A stretch of DNA of 64,000 nucleotides from a candidate division Zixibacteria bacterium RBG-1 (GTDB taxonomy: Bacteria > Zixibacteria > MSB-5A5 > DSPP01 > RBG-1): assembly GCA_000447245.1 (NCBI GenBank), contig AUYT01000001.1:804106-868105 (forward strand). Direction: 5' to 3'. The notes under the pieces were generated by a model, which ran no database searches, was not told where the DNA came from, and saw only the letters and a program-made list of their open reading frames with translations. Positions within the stretch are counted from its first letter, which is position 1. Each line of letters starts with the position of its first letter. A program made the position numbers and the translations under genes. This document shows positions 10,486 to 20,804 of this stretch, one piece after another.

Positions 10486-11811
10486 TTAGATTCCAGCTTT
10501 TTCGGGCACTAAGGTTGCCACAGTCCGATTTCTATCAGTAAAATATTTTTGGGCTACTTTTTTTATATCCTCCACAGTGAGGGCTTTGTATTTATCCAAC
10601 ACTTTGTTTAAAAGAGTGTAGTCTCCGAATAAAGTCTGGTAAGTCCCAATCAAATTGGCTCTGCCGTTGTTGGTCTTCATAGATTTTATAAAGTTGGCTT
10701 CCAAAATATTTTTGGCTTTTTGCAGTTCTTTTTCAGTTACTCCAAGATTTTTGACTTTCTCTATTTCGTCATACAAAACCTTTTCCGCCTCGGTGGTATT
10801 AAAATTAGGTTTCATTCCCACATAAATATAAAACAGACCCGGGTCAATGGTGTAAAAGTAAGAAGACCAGACATCCGTAGCCATCTGTTTCTCATAAACC
10901 AAAGTTTTGTATAAGCGGGAGGATTCCCCTTCTGTCAAAATAATTTGCAAAACATCCAGAGCATAGATATCCTCACTCTGCGCACTGGGAATATGGAAGC
11001 CAGCCATAAAAGCTGGCAGTTGAGCTTCTTTGTAATATTGGACTCTTCTTTCCCCTTTTTGCTCTGGTTCGGCATTCACTACTTTAGGAATTGTAGGACC
11101 AGGTTTCAGATGTCCATAATATTTGTCTATTAACTTGAAAGCTTCAGCTGGATTTACATCTCCCACTATAATAATGGTGGCATTTCCTACTGAATAATAA
11201 GTCTTGAAGTAATTAACACAATCTTCGCGAGTGATAGCATCTAAATCCCCCATCCAACCCACCACCGGCCAATGATAAGGGTGGGCTTGAAAGGCAGCCG
11301 CGTATAATTCTTCTTCTAATTTTCCCTCATTGGAGTTGTCGGTCCGTAATCTTCTTTCTTCTTTGACCACTTCTCTTTCAGATGAAAGATTTTCTTCATT
11401 CAAAAGCAGGTTTTCCAGCCGGTCAGCATCTAGATCGATTATCAATTCTAATTTGTTAGAAGGAAAATCTTCAAAATAAGCGGTGAAATCGTTAGCGGTA
11501 TAAGCATTAGATACTCCACCATTGGATTCTAAAATTCTATCAAATTCTTTGGGACCATATCTTTTGGCACCGTTGAACATCATATGTTCAAACAGATGAG
11601 AAATTCCAGTGATGGCCTGTTTTTCGTTGCGGGAGCCGACTTTGAAGAAAGTAAAATAAGTGCAAATCGGCAAAGTATGGTCTTCTAATGTCAGAATCTT
11701 CAATCCATTCGGAAGTTGCTGGGATTTTATGTCTAAATCTAAGGCGAAAGCTAAACTGCTGAAAAATAAAAATGATATTAAGCTGGCGATTACAATTAAA
11801 CGCTTCATCAT
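10486..11811 (-). CDS. M16 family zinc peptidase (catalytic subunit)
   Basis: 441 aa, signal peptide, zinc motif HLFEHMMFNGAK (HxxEH). Confidence 0.8.
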   Translation of the reverse strand: MMKRLIVIASLISFLFFSSLAFALDLDIKSQQLPNGLKILTLEDHTLPICTYFTFFKVGSRNEKQAITGISHLFEHMMFNGAKRYGPKEFDRILESNGGVSNAYTANDFTAYFEDFPSNKLELIIDLDADRLENLLLNEENLSSEREVVKEERRLRTDNSNEGKLEEELYAAAFQAHPYHWPVVGWMGDLDAITREDCVNYFKTYYSVGNATIIIVGDVNPAEAFKLIDKYYGHLKPGPTIPKVVNAEPEQKGERRVQYYKEAQLPAFMAGFHIPSAQSEDIYALDVLQIILTEGESSRLYKTLVYEKQMATDVWSSYFYTIDPGLFYIYVGMKPNFNTTEAEKVLYDEIEKVKNLGVTEKELQKAKNILEANFIKSMKTNNGRANLIGTYQTLFGDYTLLNKVLDKYKALTVEDIKKVAQKYFTDRNRTVATLVPEKAGI

Positions 11812-11826
11812 ATTAACCCTCCTGTT

Positions 11827-12696
11827 TTAAGATTTTTTTCTTTGAGCTAAGACTACTCTTTCTATTCCGGCTAAATCTTTTTTGATTTGGATTTTCTCAA
11901 AATTGTCTGCTCGTTCAATCAACTTCACCACTTTTTTGGCTTGACCTAGAGCTACCTCTAAAGTTATTAGACCTCCCTTGCTCAAAAAATGTTTCCCCTG
12001 TTCAATTATTTGTTGCAGATAAAATAAGCCATTTTTTTTGGAAAGTAAAGCGACTTTGGGCTCGAATTTTTTTATCTCCTGAGGCAATGTTTTGAAGTCT
12101 GATTTTCTGACATAGGGGGGATTGGATACGATAGCGTCAATTTTTCCTTCCAGTTTTTTATCTAATTTCTTAAAGCCGTCACTCCGCAGGAATTTTATTT
12201 TTTTTGCAATTTTGTTGCTTAAAGCATTTTTTCGAGCCAGTTTTAACGCGGGTTGGGATACATCCAGTGCATAGACGAAGCAATTTAAATTCTTTGCCAA
12301 AGCAATGGCTATATTTCCAGAGCCGGCCCCCCAGTCAACTATTTGTAATTTTTCGCTTCTATCTTTGAAAAAGTTTATTACATTCTCCACTAAAATTTCC
12401 GTTTCCGGTCTGGGGATTAAAACATTTTTATCCACTTTTAATTTTAAACCATAAAATTCGGTCTCTCCTAAAATGTATTGTAACGGCTTACCTCTGACTC
12501 GTTCTTGAATCAATTTTTTATATTTCTGCTCTTGATTCTTGGTTAAAAACTGGTTGCCGTTGAGATACAATTCTACTTTGGGTTTTTTTACAACATGGCT
12601 TAACAGAAGTTCGGCGTTTACTCCCGGCGAACTGACTTTGCTTTTTTTGAAAATTTGTTTGGCTTTGCGAAGAGATTGTAAGTAAGTTTGATTCAT
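11827..12696 (-). CDS. prmC: release factor glutamine N5-methyltransferase
   Basis: 289 aa; SAM motif VDWGAGSGNIAIALA and catalytic NPPY (IVSNPPYV). Confidence 0.85.
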   Translation of the reverse strand: MNQTYLQSLRKAKQIFKKSKVSSPGVNAELLLSHVVKKPKVELYLNGNQFLTKNQEQKYKKLIQERVRGKPLQYILGETEFYGLKLKVDKNVLIPRPETEILVENVINFFKDRSEKLQIVDWGAGSGNIAIALAKNLNCFVYALDVSQPALKLARKNALSNKIAKKIKFLRSDGFKKLDKKLEGKIDAIVSNPPYVRKSDFKTLPQEIKKFEPKVALLSKKNGLFYLQQIIEQGKHFLSKGGLITLEVALGQAKKVVKLIERADNFEKIQIKKDLAGIERVVLAQRKKS

Positions 12697-13295
12697 TTTC
12701 GGCTGGTTAAACTCTGCAGGTATTTTTTTACTTTCTCTAAAGCTTTGGCTCGATGGCTGATTTCATTTTTTTGCTTCAATGAAAGCTGGGCAAAAGTTTT
12801 CTGCAATTTTGGGATATAAAATAAAGGGTCGTAGCCGAAACCAGATTTCCCTTTTCTTTCCGTGGCAATATAGCCGGAAATGTTTCCTTCCAAAAATTTT
12901 GCTTTTTTATCACTTAACATTAAAGCCATTACACATCTGAACCGGGCTTTCCGTTTCCGGAAGGGAACATTTTTCAATAGCTTCAACAATTTCAGATTAT
13001 TGTCTAAATAAGTGGCTTTTTCTCCGGCAAATCTTGAAGACCTGACCCCCGGTTTTCCTTTTAAGTAATCTACTTCTAAGCCGGAGTCGTCCGCTAAAAC
13101 AGGGAGCTTGGTCAATTTATAAACTTGGTCTGCTTTCTGCAGAGCGTTTTCTTCTAAAGTCTGGCCGGTCTCTTTGAGCTTGGAGATAGGTTTGAATTTA
13201 TCTAAAGTGAGTATCTGAATTTTCAAATCCGACAGGAGATTTTTTATTTCTTTGACTTTGTCTTTATTCTGGGTGGCTAAAATTAATTTCATCAA
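12693..13295 (-). CDS. rdgB: non-canonical purine NTP pyrophosphatase (RdgB/HAM1 family)
   Basis: 200 aa; N-terminus LILATQNKDKVKEI and SGFGYDPLF motif; 4-nt overlap with neighbours. Confidence 0.8.
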   Translation of the reverse strand: MMKLILATQNKDKVKEIKNLLSDLKIQILTLDKFKPISKLKETGQTLEENALQKADQVYKLTKLPVLADDSGLEVDYLKGKPGVRSSRFAGEKATYLDNNLKLLKLLKNVPFRKRKARFRCVMALMLSDKKAKFLEGNISGYIATERKGKSGFGYDPLFYIPKLQKTFAQLSLKQKNEISHRAKALEKVKKYLQSLTSRK

Positions 13296-14101
13296 TACTT
13301 GTTTATGTCAATCCTCTCAACCGAATTGACATTATTTTTTATGAATCTTCGGGCTAACTTGATAAATTTCTCTGGCAGGTCACTGACATAAAATTTTGGA
13401 TGTGGCTGGTGGTCGTTGTTCAGCAGATTTCTTTCCTCCAAAACTTTTTTGGTCTCCAAGGCAATAGCTTCTGCTGAATCCACTAGTTTAACTTTATTTT
13501 TCACCACTTTCTGAATCACATTTTTCAAAAGAGGATAATGGGTACAGCCCAAAATAATGGTATCCACTTTGGCTCTAATCAAAGGTTTCAGATAATCCTG
13601 TGCTATCAGGTAAGTGGCTTTTTTGTTGATATACCCTTCTTCAGCTAAGGAGACAAATAAAGGACAGGGGTAGGAAAAAACTTTCACACTCGGGTCAATT
13701 TGTCTGAGCGCTTCCGGGTAAGAATTGGAGGCCACAGTTCCTTCAGTTCCGATCACACCGATTCGCTTATTTTTAGTGGTCGCCAGCGCTTTTTTGACTC
13801 CCGGCTCTATCACTCCTAAAATCGGCAGAGGATAATTTTGCTTCAAAAAACTCAAGGCCTGGGCTGAAGCGGTGTTGCAAGCCACCACGATTATTTTAAC
13901 ATCCTGTCCCAGCAAAAATTTCACCGCCTGTTCGGAAAATCCCTGAATCACCTCTTTAGACCTGGTTCCGTATGGGAATCTGCCGGTATCTCCGAAGTAA
14001 ACTATTTCCTCCTGCGGAAGCTTTCTGAAAATCTCTTTGACAACCGTCAATCCTCCTACACCGGAATCAAATACCCCGACTTTCTGGGCAGGTGAATTCA
14101 T
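13292..14101 (-). CDS. murI: glutamate racemase
   Basis: 269 aa; VGVFDSGVGGLTV, VVACNTASA and ILGCTHYPLL motifs. Confidence 0.9.
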   Translation of the reverse strand: MNSPAQKVGVFDSGVGGLTVVKEIFRKLPQEEIVYFGDTGRFPYGTRSKEVIQGFSEQAVKFLLGQDVKIIVVACNTASAQALSFLKQNYPLPILGVIEPGVKKALATTKNKRIGVIGTEGTVASNSYPEALRQIDPSVKVFSYPCPLFVSLAEEGYINKKATYLIAQDYLKPLIRAKVDTIILGCTHYPLLKNVIQKVVKNKVKLVDSAEAIALETKKVLEERNLLNNDHQPHPKFYVSDLPEKFIKLARRFIKNNVNSVERIDINKY

Positions 14102-15549
14102 TTAGCTAAGGCCTCATATTTTTCTTTGAAATCCAGGATACTATTCAAAACTCCTTCGGCTATTTTTTGCTTGAAAGAAGAAGATTTCAAAAGTTTCTCT
14201 TCGCTTTTATTGGAGATGAAAGCGGTCTCCACCAAGACCGCAGGCATGTAGGCCTTGTTCAGTACAAAAAATCCGGCCTGGTCCACTCCCCGATTGGGAA
14301 TAGGCAGTTTTCTCCCCATATTCTCCTGAATCATATAAGCCAAATCGCTGGATTCTTTTAAAAACTGATTTTGCACCAGGTCCAGCAGAATGAAATCCAG
14401 ATCGGACAACTCCTCCTGATTTTCTTTTTCAAACCTCAAAGAAGAGTTTTCCAAGGCGGCCACGGCCCGGGCTTCATCATTTTTGGCTTGGTCTAGAAAA
14501 TAAGTTTCGAATCCAGAGATGTTCCGTTTCTTAGAAGAATTAGCATGGATGGAAATAAATAAATCCGCTCCGTTGCTGTTGGCTATCTGGGTTCTTTCAG
14601 CAAGAGGAATAAAAGTATCATCCTTTCTGGTCAAAATCACTTTGAAACCGGCTTTGCTCAAAAGTTTTTCCAGCCTCAGAGCCATATCCAGGGTTACATC
14701 TTTTTCAGCCAAGCCAGTGGGACCAATCGCTCCATAATCCTGTCCACCATGCCCGGCGTCAATTACAATCACATCCACTAAATTATCAAAATTTTTAGGT
14801 GAATTTTTAGGATTACCGTTGGAATTGGAAGTGGATATTGAGATTTGCAGACGCAGGGGGTCAGTTAAAATTTCATCCCGGTAGTTGACGAAAGTTTTGC
14901 TTAATCTGAAGGAAAGCTGAGTTGAGATTTCCAGCGGATAAAATTTGATTTCCGTCACCGGAGAGTTTTTCAAGACTGGGAAATCGGCCTCATTGACTTT
15001 GGCGGAGAAAAAATTGATATTAATCCAGCGGTTTTCGGAAGTATAAATCTCGTACTGCAGCTTTTCGGTCAGGAAAATCTCCAATAAAATTCCGTTGGAT
15101 TTTTCGGTGGCCTGGTAACCCAAAAGGTTTAACTCTTTTTTTTCAAACCTTAAGGACATCTGCCCCTCATCCCAGAAAACTCTTTGAGTGCAGATTAGCT
15201 CCAACACCGGAACTAAAGTGACAATGGCCAAGTAGAAATCTCCGTTTTTGAGCTGCACCGGATAGGTTAAATTATAAGGGGTCTGGTCGATTTCGATAAA
15301 AGGGGAGAACAAGCTCAGCTTGGCGGAATGGTTTTCAATTTTTACCACGGCTTTTTTGGTGATGGAGTTGAAATAAATTTCGGAGCCGAAAATTCTGGCT
15401 AAATCGGATGCTGAAATGTGTAAAATTCCCTCGATTCTTTCCGCTTCGATGGTGAAAACCTGGCCGTCTTTTTCTACCTGAACCGGTTCGGCATTACCCA
15501 AACCAATCAATGCTAATCCCCAGAACAACAAAAAGATTTTTTTTGGCAT
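14098..15549 (-). CDS. N-acetylmuramoyl-L-alanine amidase (Amidase_3, AmiC-like)
   Basis: 483 aa, signal peptide; catalytic-domain motifs VIDAGHGGQDYGA and ISIHANS. Confidence 0.8.
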   Translation of the reverse strand: MPKKIFLLFWGLALIGLGNAEPVQVEKDGQVFTIEAERIEGILHISASDLARIFGSEIYFNSITKKAVVKIENHSAKLSLFSPFIEIDQTPYNLTYPVQLKNGDFYLAIVTLVPVLELICTQRVFWDEGQMSLRFEKKELNLLGYQATEKSNGILLEIFLTEKLQYEIYTSENRWININFFSAKVNEADFPVLKNSPVTEIKFYPLEISTQLSFRLSKTFVNYRDEILTDPLRLQISISTSNSNGNPKNSPKNFDNLVDVIVIDAGHGGQDYGAIGPTGLAEKDVTLDMALRLEKLLSKAGFKVILTRKDDTFIPLAERTQIANSNGADLFISIHANSSKKRNISGFETYFLDQAKNDEARAVAALENSSLRFEKENQEELSDLDFILLDLVQNQFLKESSDLAYMIQENMGRKLPIPNRGVDQAGFFVLNKAYMPAVLVETAFISNKSEEKLLKSSSFKQKIAEGVLNSILDFKEKYEALAK

Positions 15550-15553
15550 ACTT

Positions 15554-16021
15554 TTAGTTTCTCTTCTTCATTTGTCGGGATATTTCTCTTTTGGCTTCTT
15601 TTTCTTTTATAGTTTTACGCTTGTCGTACAGTTTTTTACCTTTGACCAAAGCCAGCTCCAGTTTGGCGACCCCGTCTTTGAAATAGATTTTCAAAGGGAC
15701 TAAAGTTAGTCCTTTTTCCTGCACTTTCCCTATTAGACGGAAAATCTCCCGTTTATGTAATAATAATTTACGTATTCTCTCTGGCTCCACGTTGTAGCGG
15801 TTTCCCTTTTCATAGGGGCTGATGTGCATTTTGTTCAACCACAGCTCCCCGTCTTTAATGCTGGCGTAAGAATCTTTCAGATTCACTGTCCCCTCTCGCA
15901 AAGATTTTACCTCGGTTCCCTTCAAGACTAGCCCTGCTTCATAGGTCTCCAGAACAAAGTACTCATGCAACGCTTTGCGATTGGCGGCGATTACTTTTAT
16001 TTTATCGTCTGACTTTTCCAC
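15554..16021 (-). CDS. smpB: SsrA-binding protein
   Basis: 155 aa; highly conserved SmpB sequence ([17 protein letters not shown]). Confidence 0.9.
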   Translation of the reverse strand: MEKSDDKIKVIAANRKALHEYFVLETYEAGLVLKGTEVKSLREGTVNLKDSYASIKDGELWLNKMHISPYEKGNRYNVEPERIRKLLLHKREIFRLIGKVQEKGLTLVPLKIYFKDGVAKLELALVKGKKLYDKRKTIKEKEAKREISRQMKKRN

Positions 16022-16186
16022 TTTTTACAATATATTGTATGAAAAAAAGCAAGGCAAGGTAATTCACTTAGTAGGAAGTTTAGATTTTATAAAAATTTTG
16101 GGTTGAACTTAGGCGTGTTCTTTACAAAAAGATTTAATCTTTAAGTAGAAATAGGGGACTCAATTTAGGATATCGGTTGAATCTCG

Positions 16187-17212
16187 CTAATGTGAGTGAG
16201 GTGGTAAGTCATCGTGTATATGTTCAGGTATACGATGATACTTTTCACCTAAGGCGTTGGCAGGGTCAATATGGATGGTGGCATTGGATAGATGGGGTAA
16301 AAAGTGTAATAGCTGATGCCGTACCTCTTTGGCAATTTCATGCCCTTCCTCCACAGAAATCTCTGGACTCACAGCTACATTTACCTCTGCATGCAGCCGA
16401 TGCCCCACCCACCGAGCCCGTACTTCGGTCACTTCATGAACACCAGCTGTGTGCTTGGCCGTGTGAGTTATCTCATAAATTACCTTGTGGTCAACACCAT
16501 CCAGGAAGCGAGTGAAAACTGCTTTTATAGATACCCAGCAGATTCGCAAAATGGCGATGCTAATGAGAAGACCCACAATCGGGTCTGCCAGTGGGTACCC
16601 AAGCCAAACTCCAGTGGCTCCGACCAGCACAGCCAAGCTGGTCAAACCGTCTACCCGAGCGTGATACCCATCGGCTATAAGAGCAGCGCTGCCAATTTCC
16701 TTTCCAACCTTAATGCGAAGCATCGCCACGAGTTCATTGCCAAGAAAGCCGATCACTGATGCAGCGGCCACCGCCCAAAGATACTCAACTTTTTGAGGAT
16801 GAAACAGTCGATTTATGGATTCATAGCCGGTGATACAGGCACTGAACAGTATGACCAGAACAATGGTAACTCCGGCTAGATCTTCGACGCGACCGTATCC
16901 ATAAGTAAACTTTTGGCTGGGTTTCCAGCGGGCCATGGCAAAAGCAATCCAGAGAGGGATTGAAGTAGCAGCATCACCGAAGTTGTGAATAGTGTCAGCC
17001 AGAAGCGCCACACTTCCTGAAAATAATACCACAATGACTTGTAGTAAGGCAGTTACAAACAATCCCAGAAACGACCATTTGATGGCCCAGATTCCTCGTT
17101 GAGTGGTAAGAATGACCGGGTCTAGGGCGGTGTGGGTATGGTCATGAGCATGATGTCCCTGGCCCTCTCTTTTAGGTCTATTGTCTTCCGACGAATTTTT
17201 ATTTCCGAGCAT
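16187..17212 (-). CDS. cation diffusion facilitator (CDF) family metal efflux transporter
   Basis: 341 aa; His-rich N-terminus, TM helices, CDF signature SGSVALLADTIHNFGD, His-rich C-terminus. Confidence 0.8.
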   Translation of the reverse strand: MLGNKNSSEDNRPKREGQGHHAHDHTHTALDPVILTTQRGIWAIKWSFLGLFVTALLQVIVVLFSGSVALLADTIHNFGDAATSIPLWIAFAMARWKPSQKFTYGYGRVEDLAGVTIVLVILFSACITGYESINRLFHPQKVEYLWAVAAASVIGFLGNELVAMLRIKVGKEIGSAALIADGYHARVDGLTSLAVLVGATGVWLGYPLADPIVGLLISIAILRICWVSIKAVFTRFLDGVDHKVIYEITHTAKHTAGVHEVTEVRARWVGHRLHAEVNVAVSPEISVEEGHEIAKEVRHQLLHFLPHLSNATIHIDPANALGEKYHRIPEHIHDDLPPHSH

Positions 17213-17415
17213 AAATAAATGGTCTTTCAGGTATCATCCCTTTATTTAATTATATCTACGCACTAAATCGTCATCTCCATATAAAAATTTATTATATACA
17301 AAAAAACCGGCATCCGTCAAGTCAAAAATTTCGATAAATTGTAATTTGAAGCTGCTTTCATAGTTTCGACTTTCTACTTGCTTGCCAATTTAAATTAAAT
17401 TATATTTTCGCTCAA

Positions 17416-17500
17416 GCCGAAGTGGTGGAATTGGCAGACACGCTGTGTTCAGGGCGCAGTGAGGTTACCCCTCGTGCGGGTTCGACTCCCGCCTTCGGCA
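17416..17500 (+). tRNA. tRNA-Leu (anticodon CAG)
   Basis: Hand-folded cloverleaf: acceptor GCCGAAG/CTTCGGC, anticodon stem CTGTG/CGCAG with loop TTCAGGG, long variable arm, T-arm CGGG-TTCGACT-CCCG. Confidence 0.8.
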
Positions 17501-17542
17501 AAAGAGAGATTGTCACTTTAACTTAATATAGCTTACAACTTA

Positions 17543-18769
17543 ATGTTAGCGCTGACCAAACCCAGACCCAAACCCAGCCACATCTGGGACAAAGGGCTTA
17601 ATCTCAAAGAGAAAAAAGAACCCCAAATTCAAAAGCCGGACGAAGTCAAAATCGAAGTTTTGGCCAGCGGAATCTGCGGCACGGATTTGGGAATCTACAA
17701 CAGCAAAGAATCAGTAAAAAAGGAGATGGCTCACGCCCAAATTGATCCTGTCACCATCGGCCATGAATTTGGCGGCAAAATAAATCAGGCCGGAGATTCG
17801 GCTTTGGAAGATTTGGGACGAATGCTGATTGAAAAACATTGGATAACTGAAACTGAAAAACGATCTTTAGGTCTGAACAATGGCAAAGTCACCAAAAAAG
17901 CCAACCTGTTAAAGTTTCTGAGCCAAAATTTCCTGGTCTCGGCTGAGATGCATCTGACCTGTCAACACTGCCGCCAGTGTATAACCGGCCAAAAACATGC
18001 CTGCCCTTATACCAGAATCAAGGGAATACACCAGGACGGTGCCTTTGCCAAATATGTGATTGTTCCTATATCTAACTTAGTTTTGTTTAGAAAAGATGAA
18101 CTGCCCATCGAAATTATTGCTTTTATGGACGCCATTGGAAACGCCATGCATACAGTTCAGGAAGGGGGAGTATTAGGGAACAATGTGGCTGTCTTGGGGT
18201 GCGGGGTGCAAGGACTTTTGGCTACCGCTGTGGCAAGAGTTTCGGGTGCCAGCAAAATTTTTGTAACCGGGGCCTCTAATCCTCTGGTGAGAGAAAGCCA
18301 AAAAAGAATGAACAAAAAATTTCTGTTGGCCAGAAAATTGGGAGCGGATTTTTGTTTTGATGTGAGTTTTAAATCTGACCGATTAAAATTTTTGGAGCAG
18401 GTGAAAAAAGAGACCAAAGGAGTAGGGATAGATTGTGTCCTGGAGATGTCCGGCAATTACCAGGCTTATCATGATGCCTTCGAGGTCATCCGTAACGGAG
18501 GGAAAATGGCTCTCTTGGGCCTGCCGGCCGGAGAGACCAAAATTGATTTTTCCAATCAGATTATTTTTCGAGGGATTACCATACAGGGAATCATCGGCAG
18601 AAAAGTTTTTTCTTCCTGGGAAACCATGACAGCCCTTTTAAAATCCGGCTTAGCCAAAAAACTTTTAGATTTGGGGTTTGTGACCCATCAGTTGGATTTG
18701 AAAAATTATGTAAAAGGGTTCAAAGCCATGCAGGCCGGGGAAGCGATTAAAGTTCTGTTAAGACCTTAA
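17543..18769 (+). CDS. tdh: zinc-dependent L-threonine 3-dehydrogenase-like (MDR family)
   Basis: 408 aa; GICGTDLGIY, GHEFGG, structural-zinc Cys cluster CQHCRQCITGQKHAC, NAD motif GCGVQG; immediately upstream of kbl; unusually long. Confidence 0.6.
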   Translation: MLALTKPRPKPSHIWDKGLNLKEKKEPQIQKPDEVKIEVLASGICGTDLGIYNSKESVKKEMAHAQIDPVTIGHEFGGKINQAGDSALEDLGRMLIEKHWITETEKRSLGLNNGKVTKKANLLKFLSQNFLVSAEMHLTCQHCRQCITGQKHACPYTRIKGIHQDGAFAKYVIVPISNLVLFRKDELPIEIIAFMDAIGNAMHTVQEGGVLGNNVAVLGCGVQGLLATAVARVSGASKIFVTGASNPLVRESQKRMNKKFLLARKLGADFCFDVSFKSDRLKFLEQVKKETKGVGIDCVLEMSGNYQAYHDAFEVIRNGGKMALLGLPAGETKIDFSNQIIFRGITIQGIIGRKVFSSWETMTALLKSGLAKKLLDLGFVTHQLDLKNYVKGFKAMQAGEAIKVLLRP

Positions 18770-18773
18770 AAGT

Positions 18774-20006
18774 TTGAATGAAATAGTTATGCAACCCATA
18801 CTAGAAATTTTAAATAAAGCTTTAGGGGATTTTAAAACCTCGAACACTTATAAATACGAAACCCCCTTAGAATCCCCCCAAGATGCGGTGGTCAAGGTCA
18901 AAGGGAAAAAAGTGGTGATGCTGGCCTCCAATAATTACCTGGGTCTGGCCTCCCATCCTAAAATCAAAAAGGCGGTCATTGACGGTGTCAGAAAATTCGG
19001 TCCGGGAATGGCTTCGGTTCGCTTTATCTGCGGCACCAATAAAGTTCATTTAGAATTAGAGAAAAGGATAGCTTCCTTTCTGAAATGTGAGGATACTATC
19101 CTGTATTTATCCTGTTTTTCCGCCAACGAAGGACTTTTTGCCGGACTTTTAAATGATAAATTGGGGTATGAAAATTACCATGACGTTCTTTACTCCGACC
19201 GACTTAATCATGCTTCTATTATAGATGGGGGGCGGTTGTGTAAAGCTGAAACTACCGAGAGAAAAATTTATGAGCACAAAGATGTGGCACATTTACAAAG
19301 ACTTTTGGAAGAGGATAAAGATAAAAATTATCGCTTCCGAATCATCGCCACTGATGGGGTTTTTTCTATGGAGGGGGATTTAGCTCCGCTGCCAGAGTTG
19401 GTTTCTTTGGCAAGAGAATATAATGCCCTGCTTGTGGTGGATGACTCCCATGCCTTGGGAGTTTTGGGTAAGACTGGTAGAGGTACTCCCGAAGAGTTAA
19501 ACGTATTAGGCCAGGTAGATATTCTCACCGGCACTTTGGGAAAGGCCATGGGAGGAGCTGTGGGTGGATTTATTTCTGGAAAAAAAGAGATTATCTCCTA
19601 CCTGAGACAAACTTCCCGGCCTTATATTTTTTCCAATTCTCTGCCACCCTGTCTGGCGTATTCAGCTATGAAAGCCTTTGAGCTTCTGCAGAAAGATAAA
19701 TCCCTGGTGAAAAAATTAAGAGATAATACTATCTATTTCAGAAAAGAGATTAAAAATTTGGGATATAAAATTATAGATGGGATTCATCCGATTGTGCCGA
19801 TTATGTTGGGTGAGGCAGCTTTGGCGCAGAATGCCAGTTTTGAATTGCTTAAAGAAGGAGTATATATCAAAGGTTTATGGTTTCCGGTAGTGCCCAGAGG
19901 AGAAGCCCGTTTAAGAGGGCAGATTTCGGCGGCTCATTCTAAAAAAGATCTGGATAAGGCACTAAACGCTTTTCAGAAAGTAGGGAAGAGGTTGAAAATT
20001 ATTTAA
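18774..20006 (+). CDS. kbl: 2-amino-3-ketobutyrate CoA ligase (glycine C-acetyltransferase)
   Basis: 410 aa; PLP-dependent class II aminotransferase fold; DDSHALG and TGTLGKAMGG (PLP lysine) motifs. Confidence 0.85.
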   Translation: MNEIVMQPILEILNKALGDFKTSNTYKYETPLESPQDAVVKVKGKKVVMLASNNYLGLASHPKIKKAVIDGVRKFGPGMASVRFICGTNKVHLELEKRIASFLKCEDTILYLSCFSANEGLFAGLLNDKLGYENYHDVLYSDRLNHASIIDGGRLCKAETTERKIYEHKDVAHLQRLLEEDKDKNYRFRIIATDGVFSMEGDLAPLPELVSLAREYNALLVVDDSHALGVLGKTGRGTPEELNVLGQVDILTGTLGKAMGGAVGGFISGKKEIISYLRQTSRPYIFSNSLPPCLAYSAMKAFELLQKDKSLVKKLRDNTIYFRKEIKNLGYKIIDGIHPIVPIMLGEAALAQNASFELLKEGVYIKGLWFPVVPRGEARLRGQISAAHSKKDLDKALNAFQKVGKRLKII

Positions 20007-20615
20007 ATGGACCGCTTCATAAATCTTTACATCCTGTTTTACCTAATCGTGGGGAATATTATATTCGGAATTGTTAACCGAAAGTTTTCCTCTGACGATG
20101 CGCCTATTATTAAAAGAGACAAAAGCTACCGGATGCTGCATACTATCCGCTTCAGCTTACTTTTTATCTGGGCAGTGGGATTTTTTCTGGCGGAGTTAAA
20201 TCAGCTTAAATTACTTCCACAAGCAGAACCAACCCGAACTTATATAAGACTTTTCGGCTTGATTTTATTTACACTAGGAGGTTTGTGGATTTTATGGTCA
20301 CGCTGGACCTTGGGGAAATGGTTTTCCACCAAGTTTGCCATCAAAAAGGGACATCAGATTATAAAGACCGGTCCTTACAAGATTATGCGGCATCCTATTT
20401 ATTTGGGAGGCACTTTAGCCATCTGGGGATTTACTCTGGCTTTGGATAGTTTGATAACTTTGCTAATTTTGGCCATCCCCATACCCATTACCTTTTATCT
20501 GAATATCAAAGCCGAAGAGAGATTATTCCTAAAAGAGATGGCTGGCGAATATCAGAAATATCAGCAAGAAGTTCCTCGCTTAATTCCCTTTCTGAAAACA
20601 AAAGCCAAAACTTAA
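20007..20615 (+). CDS. ICMT/PEMT-family membrane methyltransferase
   Basis: 202 aa, multi-TM; C-terminal motif MRHPIYLGG...EERLFLKEMAGEYQKYQQEVPRLIP typical of isoprenylcysteine carboxyl methyltransferase-like proteins. Confidence 0.65.
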   Translation: MDRFINLYILFYLIVGNIIFGIVNRKFSSDDAPIIKRDKSYRMLHTIRFSLLFIWAVGFFLAELNQLKLLPQAEPTRTYIRLFGLILFTLGGLWILWSRWTLGKWFSTKFAIKKGHQIIKTGPYKIMRHPIYLGGTLAIWGFTLALDSLITLLILAIPIPITFYLNIKAEERLFLKEMAGEYQKYQQEVPRLIPFLKTKAKT

Positions 20616-20630
20616 TAAAAAATAGTACCA

Positions 20631-20720
20631 GTCATCCTGAACCCTTCGGCTGACTCAGGGTAAATGCAGTGAAGGATCTAGAAGGAAAAGATGAGATTCT
20701 TCGCCTACGCTCAGAATGAC
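20631..20720. mobile_element. MITE-like element with imperfect terminal inverted repeats GTCATCCTGAA / CTCAGAATGAC
   Basis: About 90 bp; related copies at 30208-30300 (same orientation) and 33268-33367, 34849-34933 (inverted). Confidence 0.55.
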
Positions 20721-20804
20721 AAAAATGAAATTCCCAGTGTTAGAAACCACTGGGCTATCCTAACTTTTTTTAAGCTCTCCCGGAGCTTATTTATTCTTGG
20801 ACCC

